Shown here: one piece after another, positions 41,222 to 53,545 of the stretch
Layout: each line of letters starts with the position of its first letter
How positions within the stretch are numbered: position 1 is the stretch's first letter
Assembly: GCA_964291215.2 (NCBI GenBank)
Contig: OZ219790.1
Span: 1,760,001 to 1,824,000 of the forward strand
Direction of reading: 5' to 3'
DNA length: 64,000 bases
Source: Alphaproteobacteria bacterium
Lineage (GTDB): Bacteria; Pseudomonadota; Alphaproteobacteria; MPNO01; UBA830
Notes under the pieces: model-generated
Seen by the model: the letters and a program-made list of their open reading frames with translations, nothing else
Told to the model about the DNA's origin: nothing
Database searches by the model: none
Position numbers and translations under genes: made by a program

Positions 41222-42415
41222 TTACTGCCGCACCGGGCCGGTCAGCAGCCTTCCGTAGAGCAACACAAACCCGCCGAATCCACAACACCACAGGATCGCT
41301 GAGAGCATCCACAACGCCATTGCGTGGCCGGGGAACATCCCGCCTGCAAGCCGCGTGAACACCGAGGCGACGACCAGCAGGTACAACGCCGCCGTGCCAG
41401 CGCCCGCCGTCAGCTCCCGGCCGGCATGGCCAAGCGTAGCGCGACTCATCACGGCAAGGGTCATCATCCCGATGGCGCCCGCCATCCAGAGATGCTGGGC
41501 GGAGGCCGGAGGCACGATATCCGGCCACTGGATCGCCGCAGCCATGCCCAGCATACCGAGCGGCACGAAGCCGTATCCCAAATGAAGCACCCAGAGCAAG
41601 GGTTCACCGGGCGTGTCCCGCCAGCGCCAGCACGACAGCCGTGCGGCCTGCACAAAGCCCGAGACAAGCAGCAGCCATGCCGTCTCCGCCGCAATGGGAA
41701 ACGCCACCCAGACGACGAGAGCGAGCAGGGTGAGCGCGAGGGCGAGCCTGTCGAGCTGTCCAAACTCCGCGGGCAGGATGCTGGCCCCGCGCGCCACCAG
41801 CCAGTTTCGCGTGAAGGCAGGCACGATGCGCCCGCCGATCAGCGAAATCATCATGATCGCGGCTGCGAGGCCGATGCGCAGTCCGTAGCCCGAAGCCGCG
41901 TGAGCACCGCTGGCTGCTTCCCAGTGGAACAGCGCGTTGCCAGTGACCAATGCACCAAGAATCACGACGACCACGAGGTTGCGCCAGTTCCTGCCGACAA
42001 CGATCTCGCGCAGCACATAGCCGCCAAGCACGACGAGACCCGAGATGTCGATCAGCGCCGCGACCACGGGCGTCACCCAGGCCGACACCGCGATCGAGAA
42101 CCTGCCGAGTGCCCAGATCGCGAGCAGTCCCAGCAACGGCCAACCAGTGAGTGGGGACCGTCCCGTCCAGTTCGCCACAGCGGTCAGCAGAAACCCCGCA
42201 AGCACTGCCCCCAGATATCCGAACAGCGCCTCGTGCGCATGCCACGACACCGGATCGAACCTGCTTGGCAGATCGAACTGCCCCAGCAGCATCAACACCC
42301 AGAGCGCCATGCCGATCACCGCCCACAACCCGGCGGACAGGAAGAAGGGCCGGTAGCCGAGAGACAGGAAGCCCTCCTCGGACCCCCGGGACAGAGGCGG
42401 TTGTGCGCCCGTCAT
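41222..42415 (-). CDS. nnrS: NnrS family membrane protein
   Basis: GYRPFFL, WHAHEALFG, GFLLTAVANWTG, IGGRIVPAFT, LLWVLHLGY, RATLGHAGR. Confidence 0.92.
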   Translation of the reverse strand: MTGAQPPLSRGSEEGFLSLGYRPFFLSAGLWAVIGMALWVLMLLGQFDLPSRFDPVSWHAHEALFGYLGAVLAGFLLTAVANWTGRSPLTGWPLLGLLAIWALGRFSIAVSAWVTPVVAALIDISGLVVLGGYVLREIVVGRNWRNLVVVVILGALVTGNALFHWEAASGAHAASGYGLRIGLAAAIMMISLIGGRIVPAFTRNWLVARGASILPAEFGQLDRLALALTLLALVVWVAFPIAAETAWLLLVSGFVQAARLSCWRWRDTPGEPLLWVLHLGYGFVPLGMLGMAAAIQWPDIVPPASAQHLWMAGAIGMMTLAVMSRATLGHAGRELTAGAGTAALYLLVVASVFTRLAGGMFPGHAMALWMLSAILWCCGFGGFVLLYGRLLTGPVRQ

Positions 42416-42591
42416 GTCAGCCCGATTGTATCCGACCCATGCTCACCGACCTGTCCTCGAAGTCGAGGAGAGTCTCGCCGCCGGCCGGGCCGGAGCATAG
42501 ACACGGAGACAAACCCGAAATCGATTGGGTCAACGAACCGTCACCACGCCAATTCCGTGCCGCGGACCAATGCCAAAAGTCAACCTCGCCG

Positions 42592-43419
42592 CTACCAGCG
42601 CATCGAACGCGACCGGAGCGTCACCGATTGCCGCACCAGGGGAACCGACGCCATGGTGGCGGCCGAATCCGCATCATCGTCCCGGCGCGTCACATAACGC
42701 CCGCCAAAGCTCAACTCCAGCGGGTCCTCGGAGAAGGGGTACGGATCGACCCGATAGCGGCCACCACCGAGCGGTGTGACGGTTACGTCTGCATCCTCGG
42801 TTTCGGATCTCGGCACATGCGGAAAAGTAGCCGTCCCGCGAGCGCCTTCGTGGACACGATTGAAATAGAGCGCGAGCGTGTCGAAGAACTGGAGGTGTTT
42901 GTAGGTTGTCATCAGTCGCTGCTCGAGAACCCACGAAGCCGTTTCGGGATTGTTCCGCAGCAGCCTTTTCAGCCGTTCCTGACGACTCTCCTCATGCCCA
43001 AGCATTTCGCGCGCCGCATCCACGTACTCTGCCGCGACCTTGTCGAGAAGCACGATATCGGACAGTCCGTAGCGACCGTTATAGAGCCCCCAGGAATGCA
43101 TGCTCGACAGCAATCCGGAAAACGGGTAATGGGCCTCGTTGAAATCGGGCGACTTCCGGCTCGTGGTCATCAGCAGATCGAACGGAGTCTCGGCCAAGTT
43201 GTAGGGATATCCTGTGACCGAATCGATCAGGAAACGGGCGTCCAGATCAGCCCATCCCGCATCGTGGTTGGCGATAGCGAAATGGACCTCGTCGTCCGCG
43301 GAAACCGGCTCGAAACCGTCGTTTCCGAATGCGCGTGCCATCTGCGCAGACAGCGACGTGTGCTCCGCCATCGGAATGACAAAACGCGGCGCACCGTCCT
43401 CGGCAGTCTGAACGATCAT
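42592..43419 (-). CDS. DUF3891 family protein
   Basis: EHTSLSAQMARAFG, AIANHDAGW, LLSSMH, FFDTLALYF, VDPYPF. Confidence 0.7.
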   Translation of the reverse strand: MIVQTAEDGAPRFVIPMAEHTSLSAQMARAFGNDGFEPVSADDEVHFAIANHDAGWADLDARFLIDSVTGYPYNLAETPFDLLMTTSRKSPDFNEAHYPFSGLLSSMHSWGLYNGRYGLSDIVLLDKVAAEYVDAAREMLGHEESRQERLKRLLRNNPETASWVLEQRLMTTYKHLQFFDTLALYFNRVHEGARGTATFPHVPRSETEDADVTVTPLGGGRYRVDPYPFSEDPLELSFGGRYVTRRDDDADSAATMASVPLVRQSVTLRSRSMRW

Positions 43420-44038
43420 GGCAGCCTCGCAATTCTTGATTGCACTCCGGCAGTGTATCACCAGCGCCGAGCGGCGTCACCGGACAGAGCAGCGACGGGC
43501 ATGCGGAAACATCCACGACGATCCGCCGCCCTCCGCCACATAGGGCACCGCAGGAGAAAACGCACGGTTGCCGAACTGGTGGCTCTGTTCTGCCTGCCGT
43601 CACGCCGGAAACCTGATCGATCACCGGGGTCTCGCGCCGGATCGGGAGAGCGTCGACGGAACGGCCGCTCCATGGCCTGCTTTTCGGACCCGGTCCTTCC
43701 GATCTGCAGTTCATCAACCGTGCAGCCGGATCGGCCGGTCTGCACGGTGTTCTCTCACTGCGGTTTCCGGATCGCCCCGAGCCGTCCCGCCACAGGCCCA
43801 GTTCGGAAGAACTTCCTGCGCACAGGTGCCCGTCGGGCACCGCAGACAACTCAGGAGAAGGTTTCGAACGCGGTGTTCATGGTCCGGCGAATGCGGCCTT
43901 CCACGCCCCCTCCGGCAGCTCCCGCATCAGTACCAGGACAGCCAGCGGAAGACTTCGGGGCATGGCGGGGACAGACGTCTCGCTCGCCCCGCTCGTCCGG
44001 GACGTGCGCAAGGCGAATCCGGAGGGCGCGAGCCGTAA

Positions 44039-44248
44039 TCAGGCGACCTTGCGCCGCGGTTCCGGTTCGCGATAAGCCATTTCCGCATGTTTCTGACAAT
44101 AGGAATAGCCCTGATCCGTCGGATCGCCGCAAAAATGGAAATCGTCCTCGCCTGGCTCGCCGAACGGCCACTGGCATGTCCGATACGGCGACGGTCCATG
44201 ATTGAACAGACGCGCGATACTAAGGGTGTTTCGTTGTTTCTGGCTCAT
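44039..44248 (-). CDS. short GcrA-like protein (C-terminal Cys/His domain only)
   Basis: TCQWPFGEP..DFHFCG..YCQKHAEMAY; GAAGG upstream of the ATG at 44248. Confidence 0.7.
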   Translation of the reverse strand: MSQKQRNTLSIARLFNHGPSPYRTCQWPFGEPGEDDFHFCGDPTDQGYSYCQKHAEMAYREPEPRRKVA

Positions 44249-45088
44249 CCTTCGACACCTGATCATACAAAGCGCCGCTTCGCACACGCGATGGTGCGAC
44301 GCAGCGCCCTTCGAGATTTTCGTGATATCTTGTCTGACGACAACGGCAATATAGGGATTATTGCGAGAAAATCCAGCCTTGGACAAAATTATTTGCCACC
44401 GGCGCGATTCTCCGGCTTGCCCCGGACACGACGGGCGCGAATCTGCAGACCGCTTGCCAGCACACACCCCAACTCGGGACAGCTGGCTGCAGTTCCGCCG
44501 GACGATTGCGGGCGGCTGGCATGACGATGGCCGGGATCGGCGGTCCGCTTGCATTCTGCCGATGTCCGGTGGCGCGGTCGAGCGGACAACGGTGTCGAAG
44601 CCCCGAACCTCAGATCGGGACAGCAAGAGGCAGTTTCCGATACCGGGCCAGCCCGTTTTCCGAACCATGCGTGGAGTGAACAATTGGCAACAGAGACGAA
44701 AAAAGGCGCCTCGGTAGCGAATTCAACAAGTGCAGCTTCATCGCCGCCGGATGCCGGCATCGTATGTTCCGGGAGCGCACCGGCCCCGCTCTCGACACGG
44801 CGGAGCCGCATGCGTGGAGGCTGTCGAAGCAGCCGCCTTCTTCGACAACCTCCAGGATTTGGCGCCGGAACCCGGGCTCCAGACAACTCGGGAGTCCCCC
44901 CGGAGACATCCGGACCCCATCGATGAGCGCATCGGTCATCATGCTCTCCGTCTCGTTCCGGCCCGGTTCGACGCCGTTGAACATTGACTCTCCGTGTCCG
45001 TCAGCAAGAATGCCGTCGTATGATGCGGTCGGGCCGAAGCGGCCGGAACCTTCCGCGCGGAACGCAAGTAACGGACGAGGGGCCGAGA

Positions 45089-45688
45089 ATGCGGGGATAT
45101 CGAAGAGCGCTGATCATGGCGGCAGCCTGCCTTGCCGTCATCGCGCTGGCGGGGGCCGCGGGGTACGCGCTCTACGGCACCGGCAAGGGCGGGATCGTAC
45201 AGATCGGAGGCCCGTTCTCGCTCGTGGACCATCGCGGACGGGCGACGCACGACACCGATTTCCGGGGCCGCTACATGCTGGTCTATTTCGGCTACACGTT
45301 CTGCCCGGACATCTGTCCGTCCACGCTGCAGATCATGGCCGCCGCCCTGGATAAACTCGAAACGCCGCGCCGCGACCGGATCACACCGGTCTTCATCACC
45401 ATAGATCCCGGACGCGATACCGCAGCGCATCTTGCCGAGTATGTCGCCAGCTTCCACCCGCGCATGGTCGGCCTCACGGGTTCCAACGAACAGATAGCGG
45501 CAGCGGCCCGGGCGTATCGCGTCTATTTCGGGAAGTCCGCGGACAGCGGTTCGGACAGCGACTACCTGATGGACCACAGCTCCATCATTTTCCTGATGGG
45601 CCCGGATGGCGGCTACGTAACTCATTTCACCCACGCGACGGCACCCGACCGGATCGTCGCCGCGCTGCGCAAGCATGTCGGAACCTGA
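45089..45688 (+). CDS. SCO1/SenC copper chaperone
   Basis: [26 protein letters not shown]. Confidence 0.92.
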   Translation: MRGYRRALIMAAACLAVIALAGAAGYALYGTGKGGIVQIGGPFSLVDHRGRATHDTDFRGRYMLVYFGYTFCPDICPSTLQIMAAALDKLETPRRDRITPVFITIDPGRDTAAHLAEYVASFHPRMVGLTGSNEQIAAAARAYRVYFGKSADSGSDSDYLMDHSSIIFLMGPDGGYVTHFTHATAPDRIVAALRKHVGT

Positions 45689-45690
45689 GC

Positions 45691-46131
45691 ATGCCCGGCA
45701 GCGAACCGTTCTGGAAGACCAAATCGCTCGAGGAGATGATCCCCGAAGAATGGGAGTCGCTCTGCGACGGCTGCGCCCGCTGCTGCCTGCTCAAGCTCGA
45801 GGATGTCGATAGCGGCGAGGTTTCCTATACCGAGATCGCCTGCCGCCTGCTCGACCTCGGGACCTGCCGCTGCACGGATTACGCGAAGAGGGCGGCCCGG
45901 GTGCCGGACTGCGTGCGGGTGACGCCGGAATTCGCGCGCAGCGGGGAATGGCTGCCGTCAACCTGCGCCTACCGCCTGGTCGCAGAAGGCAAGGATCTCT
46001 TCTGGTGGCACCCCCTGGTATCCGGCGATCCCGGTACCGTGCACGAAGCCGGCATCTCTGTCCGCCACCGGGTAATTCACGAATCCCGGCGCATCGACCC
46101 CGAGGACCACATCGTCTCCTGGCCGAAATAG
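45691..46131 (+). CDS. YcgN (UPF0260) cysteine-cluster protein
   Basis: [31 protein letters not shown]. Confidence 0.9.
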   Translation: MPGSEPFWKTKSLEEMIPEEWESLCDGCARCCLLKLEDVDSGEVSYTEIACRLLDLGTCRCTDYAKRAARVPDCVRVTPEFARSGEWLPSTCAYRLVAEGKDLFWWHPLVSGDPGTVHEAGISVRHRVIHESRRIDPEDHIVSWPK

Positions 46132-46148
46132 GCCAGGTGCGGCAGCAC

Positions 46149-48080
46149 CTACCCTTGCGGCCGGAGGGCGGCGGCCATGAACTCGCGCCACAGCGCCGCC
46201 GGCAGAGTGCCGCCGGTAACCCGCTTCATCGGCTTCCCGTCGTCGTTGCCCATCCATATGCCGGCAACGAGATAGTCGGTATAGCCGACGAACCAGGCGT
46301 CCCGGAACTGCTGGCTGGTGCCGGTCTTCCCGGCGGCCGGCACACCGGGGTTGGCGCGCCTTCCCGTGCCCGACGAGATCACGGCGCGCAGCAACCTGTC
46401 CATCTGCCGCGCCTCGTCGCGCCCGACGACCTGCGACGAAACGCCGGGCCGCCTTCTGTACAGCACTTCCCCCGAACGCCGGCGGATCTCGACGATGCCG
46501 TGGGGCCAGACGAGAACACCGCGGTTCGCGATCACGCCGTATGCGGCCGTGAGTTCGAGCAGCGACAGTTCGTTTGCGCCGAGCGCCAGGCTCGGATGCG
46601 CCCGCAGCGGCGCGGTGACACCTAGCCGCCGAGCCACGTCGATGACGCGGCCGCGGCCCACCGTCTCGGATACCCGGACTGCCACCGTGTTGATCGATTG
46701 CACCAGCGCCTCGCGCATGGTGACGCGGCCGCGGTAGCGATCCGGATAGTTGCGCGGCCGCCACTTGCCGACGGCGAACGGCTCGTCGACGAAGGTGTCG
46801 CCCGGCCGGAGGCCGCTTTCGAGAGCAGCGAGATAGACGAACAGCTTGAAGACCGATCCCGGCTGGCGCAGCGCGCGGCTGGCCCGGTTGAACTGGCTCC
46901 TGGCATAGTCCGTGCCGCCGACGAGCGCACGCACCGCGCCGTCGGGAGTCATCGCGACCAGCGCCGCCTGACCGACGCCACGCTGCCGCCCGACGCCGGC
47001 AACCGTCTTGCGGAGCCGTTCCTCGGCGAGGCGCTGCAATCGCAGATCGAGAGTCGTCCGCACGACGAGGTCGCCGTTTCCCGACCCGACGAAACCGGCT
47101 ACCTGCTCCAGCGCCCAGTCGAAGAAATACCGTGCGGTGCGGCTCGCGCGGAAGGGCACGGCGACCGAGAGTTTCTGCCGAAGCGCCCGGTCGAGGCGCC
47201 CTTCGTCGATAAACCCGGCATCACGCATGGCGCGGAGCACGACCCGTGCGCGCTTTTCGGAAAGCTCGCGATTGCGCAGCGGTGAATAGCGCGACGGCGC
47301 CTTGAGAAGGCCCGCGATCGCGGCCGATTCGAGCAGGCCGAGCCGGCGCGCCGACTTGCCGAAAAACCGCCGCGCCGCGCCGTCGACGCCATAGGCGCCG
47401 GAGCCGAGATAGACGCGGTTCATGTAAAGCGTGAATATCTGCTTCTTGGTGAAGCTGGCCTCGAGCCAGAACGCGAGCAGCAGCTCCTGGACCTTGCGGC
47501 GCACTGTGCGTTCCGGCGTGAGAAACAGATTCTTAGCAAGTTGCTGGGTCAGCGTGCTGCCACCCTGCCTGACCCCCCCGGCGAAGAGGTTGACGAACAG
47601 CGCCCGCGCGATGGCAACTGGATCGAAACCGCCGTGATCGAAAAAGCGGCGGTCCTCGATGGCCAGGATCGCATCCCTCAGATGCGGCGGCACTTCGTCG
47701 AGCGACAGTGATTCGGCGTAGAAATCGCCATAGGTCAGGATCGGCCGGTCGCGGATGTCGGTGAGCGTAACGCTGGCGCGGCGCGTCGGCGCCTCAAGTC
47801 GTTCGACCTGCGGCAGATCGTAGGCGAACCAGGCGACGAGCCCAGCCAGACCGACCGCTCCCCAGACCGCCACAATCAATGTCCAGCGCATCACCGCAGC
47901 CAACCGCCGCCGCGCGGGCTTCGCCGGAGGACGACCGGAACCCTTGTCGGACCCTTCCGTCTTTGCGCGCCGGGCCGGGCGGGACGCGTTCGCCCTTTGC
48001 GATCCGGAGCCCTTGCCGGACCCGGCCGATCCTCCGGCCGCGTGGCCGGATCGGGTACCTCTGCGTCGTGTTCCCGCCAT
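46149..48080 (-). CDS. class A penicillin-binding protein (PBP1A family)
   Basis: EDRRFFDH, GGSTLTQQLAKN, RKVQE, SVFK, SIN, KTG. Confidence 0.93.
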   Translation of the reverse strand: MAGTRRRGTRSGHAAGGSAGSGKGSGSQRANASRPARRAKTEGSDKGSGRPPAKPARRRLAAVMRWTLIVAVWGAVGLAGLVAWFAYDLPQVERLEAPTRRASVTLTDIRDRPILTYGDFYAESLSLDEVPPHLRDAILAIEDRRFFDHGGFDPVAIARALFVNLFAGGVRQGGSTLTQQLAKNLFLTPERTVRRKVQELLLAFWLEASFTKKQIFTLYMNRVYLGSGAYGVDGAARRFFGKSARRLGLLESAAIAGLLKAPSRYSPLRNRELSEKRARVVLRAMRDAGFIDEGRLDRALRQKLSVAVPFRASRTARYFFDWALEQVAGFVGSGNGDLVVRTTLDLRLQRLAEERLRKTVAGVGRQRGVGQAALVAMTPDGAVRALVGGTDYARSQFNRASRALRQPGSVFKLFVYLAALESGLRPGDTFVDEPFAVGKWRPRNYPDRYRGRVTMREALVQSINTVAVRVSETVGRGRVIDVARRLGVTAPLRAHPSLALGANELSLLELTAAYGVIANRGVLVWPHGIVEIRRRSGEVLYRRRPGVSSQVVGRDEARQMDRLLRAVISSGTGRRANPGVPAAGKTGTSQQFRDAWFVGYTDYLVAGIWMGNDDGKPMKRVTGGTLPAALWREFMAAALRPQG

Positions 48081-48142
48081 CGCGTTACATGTAATATGCC
48101 GATTCGAAAGCCATTCGTCGCCGACGCTCCGAAGGAGTGAAC

Positions 48143-48655
48143 ATGAGCTCCACAGCCACCATCCTTGTTCGCCCAGCGGTTCGCGCAGACGCCGAGGCGG
48201 TTGCGACCTTGGCGCAGCAGTCCCGCCCGCCGGGCAGGAGCAGGCCGTCGGAACTGTCGGCAGAGATATTCCTGCGCGACGGATTTGGCAACAATGCCGC
48301 TTTCCGGACGCTCATCGCCGAGGCCAACGGAGCTGCGCGCGGATACGCGATCTATTTTTGGGGGTATGATCCCGGGAGCGCTACACGGGGTGTCTATCTC
48401 GCAGCACTGTTCGTCGATGAGCACTGGCGCCGCAGGGGCATCGGACGGGCGCTGGTGCGCGGCCTTGCCCGGCTGGCCAGCACCGAGGGCGGTCGATGGG
48501 TTTTCTGGTCGGTCCTCAAGAACGACCGTCGCGCACGGCGCTTCTACCGCACACTGGCGCCCGAGCTTGCAAATGTCGTGGTCTGCGCGGCATACGGCCA
48601 GGATTTCGACCGCATCGCAGTCCCCGGCGGTCAGGACCGCGCTACCAATGACTAA
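48143..48655 (+). CDS. GNAT-family acetyltransferase
   Basis: [22 protein letters not shown]. Confidence 0.8.
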   Translation: MSSTATILVRPAVRADAEAVATLAQQSRPPGRSRPSELSAEIFLRDGFGNNAAFRTLIAEANGAARGYAIYFWGYDPGSATRGVYLAALFVDEHWRRRGIGRALVRGLARLASTEGGRWVFWSVLKNDRRARRFYRTLAPELANVVVCAAYGQDFDRIAVPGGQDRATND

Positions 48656-49741
48656 CGGCTCCGCCTTGATCCTGCGCCGGCCAGACGACTGGCACGTCCA
48701 TCTCCGTGACGGCGAGATGCTCGCCGCCGTGGCGCCCTTCACCGCAAACGTCTTCGGCCGCGCGATCGTCATGCCCAATCTCGTGCCGCCAGTGGTCACC
48801 ACCGCGGACGCCCGCGCCTATCGCGAGCGGATCCTCGCGGCAACTCCGCCCGGAGCCGGCTTCACGCCGCTGATGACGGCGTATCTCACCGACAACACCA
48901 GCCCGGATGATCTCGCCGCGGGCCACGCCGCGGGCGTGCTCACCGCCGCCAAGCTCTATCCGGCAGGCGCCACGACGAACTCGGACCGCGGCGTGACCGA
49001 CACCGCCGCGATCCGGGATGTCTTGGCCTGCATGGAACAGCTGGGCATGCCGCTCCTCTTGCACGGCGAGGTCACCGATCCCGAAATCGACATCTTCGAC
49101 CGCGAGGCCGCGTTCATCGAACGGATCCTCGGGCCCGCCCTCGACCGCCATCCCGACCTGCGGGTCGTGCTCGAACACGTGACGACGGCGGACGGCGTAG
49201 AGTTCGTGCGCAGCGCCGGAAGCCGCGTCGGCGCCACCATCACGCCGCACCATCTCGTCCTCAACCGCAACGCGCTGTTCGCCGGCGGTATCCGGCCCCA
49301 CATGTACTGTCTTCCGGTGGCCAAGCGCGAGCACCACCGGCTGGCGCTGCGCGACGCCGCGGTTTCCGGGGAACCGTCGTTCTTTCTCGGAACGGATTCG
49401 GCGCCCCATCCGGTATCCGCCAAACTCGCGGAGTGCGGATGCGCCGGCATCTTCAACGCCCCGACCGCGCTCGAGACCTATGCCCAGGTCTTCGACGACG
49501 AGCGGGCGCTCGACCGGCTTGAGGCATTCGCGTCGCTGAACGGGCCGGCATTCTACGGATTGCCGCCGAACCGGGACACGGTCGCTCTGGAACGCGGCAC
49601 GCGCCGCAGCGCGCCGGTCATTCGGACAGGCGGGGACGAGGTGGTCTGCTTCGCTCACGGAGAGGGGCCCGGTTGGCGGATCGCGCGCCGGGAGACCAGC
49701 CCACCGGCGCGGCTGCGCCAAGGCAGAGCTGGAGACGTGCA

Positions 49742-49745
<4 letters not shown>
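48648..49745 (+). CDS. pyrC: dihydroorotase
   Basis: [48 protein letters not shown]. Confidence 0.95.
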
Positions 49746-51238
<1,493 letters not shown>

Positions 51239-51250
51239 CCGCGGGGCCGG

Positions 51251-52207
51251 GTGCGCTCCGTGGAACCCGGCGCCGCCCGTCTGGCGCACTACTGGCTCGC
51301 CCTGCCGGCGAATTTCCGGGGCATATTATGGCTTAGCCTCGGGACGCTGCTGTTCGCGACCGTCGACGTGTTCGTCAAGGGGCTGGGCCAGAAGTTCGAC
51401 GCGACCGAGATCACGTTTTTCCGCTACGTCGCCGGACTGGTCGTGCTCACGCCGCTCTTTCTGCGCATGACCGCGGAAGACATGCGCACACGGAAGCTCG
51501 GCCTGCATGCCACACGCATGAGTTTCGCGTTCGTCGCCCAGGTCCTGGTCATCATTTCGGTGATCCACATGCCGCTGGCCGACGCCACCGCGTTCATGTT
51601 TTCCAAACCGCTGTTCACGACCGTGGTCGCGGTCATCATGCTTCGCGAGATCGTTACCGGCCGCCGCTGGACGGCCACGTTTGTCGGGTTTGCCGGCGTC
51701 CTCGTGATTCTGCGCCCCGGGGCGTCGGGCATCGACGCGATCGCCGTCGTCGCGCTCGGCGCGGCGCTGACCTTCGCCATCGCGAACGTCCTGATCCGCG
51801 TGCTCGCGCGGACCGAACCCACGGTCCGGATCCTGTTCTACTATCACATCGGCGGCGTGCTGGTCTTTGCGGGACCGACCTACTGGTTCTGGAAGACCCC
51901 CGTCGGCCTCGAATGGGTGCTTCTCGGCGGAATCGGGGTCCTGACGACCGGCGGGATGGTGTCGTTCGTGCGCGCCTTCTCCGTTGGCGAGGCCAACGCC
52001 GTCGGACCGGCCGAGAACATGCGCCTGATCTACGCCGCCCTGTTCGGCTTCCTCATCTTTGCCGAAATCCCCACCAGCTGGACAGTTGCCGGCGCACTGA
52101 TCATCGCCGGAAGCACGCTGTTCATCGCCCGCGAGGAGGCGAGCCAGAGGACCGCCGCGAAAGCGTCCGACCAGACGGGAAACACCGCCGCGAAGCGGCA
52201 GCTCTGA
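51251..52207 (+). CDS. DMT/EamA family transporter
   Basis: About 10 TM helices, PLADATA, GFAGVLVILRPG, FAEIP. Confidence 0.85.
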   Translation: MRSVEPGAARLAHYWLALPANFRGILWLSLGTLLFATVDVFVKGLGQKFDATEITFFRYVAGLVVLTPLFLRMTAEDMRTRKLGLHATRMSFAFVAQVLVIISVIHMPLADATAFMFSKPLFTTVVAVIMLREIVTGRRWTATFVGFAGVLVILRPGASGIDAIAVVALGAALTFAIANVLIRVLARTEPTVRILFYYHIGGVLVFAGPTYWFWKTPVGLEWVLLGGIGVLTTGGMVSFVRAFSVGEANAVGPAENMRLIYAALFGFLIFAEIPTSWTVAGALIIAGSTLFIAREEASQRTAAKASDQTGNTAAKRQL

Positions 52208-52271
52208 AGACGCGCCGGACACGCCCCGGGCAGGCCCGGTTCCGGCGAATCCGGCCGGAAGCGGCGGCGCG

Positions 52272-53438
52272 TCAGGAGGCCGGCGCGAGACGGAGAATCT
52301 TCCCCCTGCGCTCATCGGTCACGGCATACACGAAACCGTCCGGTCCGACGCCGACATCCCGGATCCGGCGGCGTTCCGCCTCGAGAAGCCGTTCCTCGCC
52401 CAGGAGCCTCGCGCCGTCGAGCTCAAGGCGGATGATAGCGCGGGACCGTAACCCGGAGATAAGCAGGTTTCCCTGCCAACCCGGGAAGGCGGCGCCGGTG
52501 TAGAACGTCATGCCTCCCGGCGCGATCACCGGCGTCCAGATCACCAGCGGATCCTCCATTCCCGGCGCCGACCTGCGGCCGCTGCCGACCGGCAGGCCCG
52601 AATATTCCACCCCGTGCGACACCACCGGCCAGCCATAGTTGCGTGCCGGTTCTGCAATGTTGATCTCGTCGCCGCCCCGCGGGCCGTGCTCGATCGCCCA
52701 GAGCTTGCCGGAAACCGGATGTATCGCCGCGCCCTGGACGTTGCGATGCCCGTAGGACCAGATCTCGGGGCGGGCCCCGGGCCGCCCGACAAACGGATTG
52801 TCGCGTGGAACGCTACCATCCGGGCGGACGCGGACGATCTTGCCGAGATGGGAGCCGAGCTCCTGAGCCTGCACACGGTAGGACCGGCGCGAACGCTCGC
52901 CCAGCGTGACGAACATGTTGCCGTCGCGGGCGAACACGACTCGCGAGCCGTAGTGCAGTCTGCCGGACAGCCTGGGCAGCTGGCGGAACACGACCGTGAC
53001 GCCCTCGAGAGCTGTCCCGGCAGCATTGAGCCGTCCCCGCGCGACCGCGGTAGAGTTCCTGCCCCCTGATCCGGGTTCGGTGTAGGACAGATAGACGAGA
53101 CGGCTGTCCGCAAAGGCCGGGTCGAGAGTGACGTCGAGCAGGCCGCCCTGGCCGGCATCGGCGACCGCCGGCACGCCGTTGACCGGCGGCGACAGGCGTC
53201 CGGCGCGGCTGACGATCCGGAGCCGGCCCGGTTTTTCGGTGACGATCATCCGCCCGTCGGGAAGGAAGTCGATTGCCCACGGATAGGCCAGCCGGTCGGT
53301 GAGCACCGCGAGCCGTATCCGCGCCCGCTCGGTGTCGAACACGCGCTCGTCGGCGAGCGCCGGCGGCAACATCAAGAGCATCCCGGCGACGACGCATGGC
53401 AGGAAGCCCGACCATGCGCGTGGATTCGATACCGCCAT
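52272..53438 (-). CDS. PQQ-dependent sugar dehydrogenase (YliI/GdhB family)
   Basis: PWAIDFLPDG, GQGGLLDV, YGHRNVQG, EHGPRGGDEIN, NYGWP. Confidence 0.9.
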   Translation of the reverse strand: MAVSNPRAWSGFLPCVVAGMLLMLPPALADERVFDTERARIRLAVLTDRLAYPWAIDFLPDGRMIVTEKPGRLRIVSRAGRLSPPVNGVPAVADAGQGGLLDVTLDPAFADSRLVYLSYTEPGSGGRNSTAVARGRLNAAGTALEGVTVVFRQLPRLSGRLHYGSRVVFARDGNMFVTLGERSRRSYRVQAQELGSHLGKIVRVRPDGSVPRDNPFVGRPGARPEIWSYGHRNVQGAAIHPVSGKLWAIEHGPRGGDEINIAEPARNYGWPVVSHGVEYSGLPVGSGRRSAPGMEDPLVIWTPVIAPGGMTFYTGAAFPGWQGNLLISGLRSRAIIRLELDGARLLGEERLLEAERRRIRDVGVGPDGFVYAVTDERRGKILRLAPAS

Positions 53439-53545
53439 GACCTTTCCCTCCCGGGGACGACTGTCGCTGGCAGGCCGCGCCCTTGCCGGGCGGCGCCTCC
53501 TCCTGTCTAGGTCCTGCGCGGCCGGACGGCGCGCGCACCGGGACG

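Noticed and set aside
44610-44984. 124-aa minus-strand ORF
   Set aside because: No motif or convincing RBS; cannot be supported
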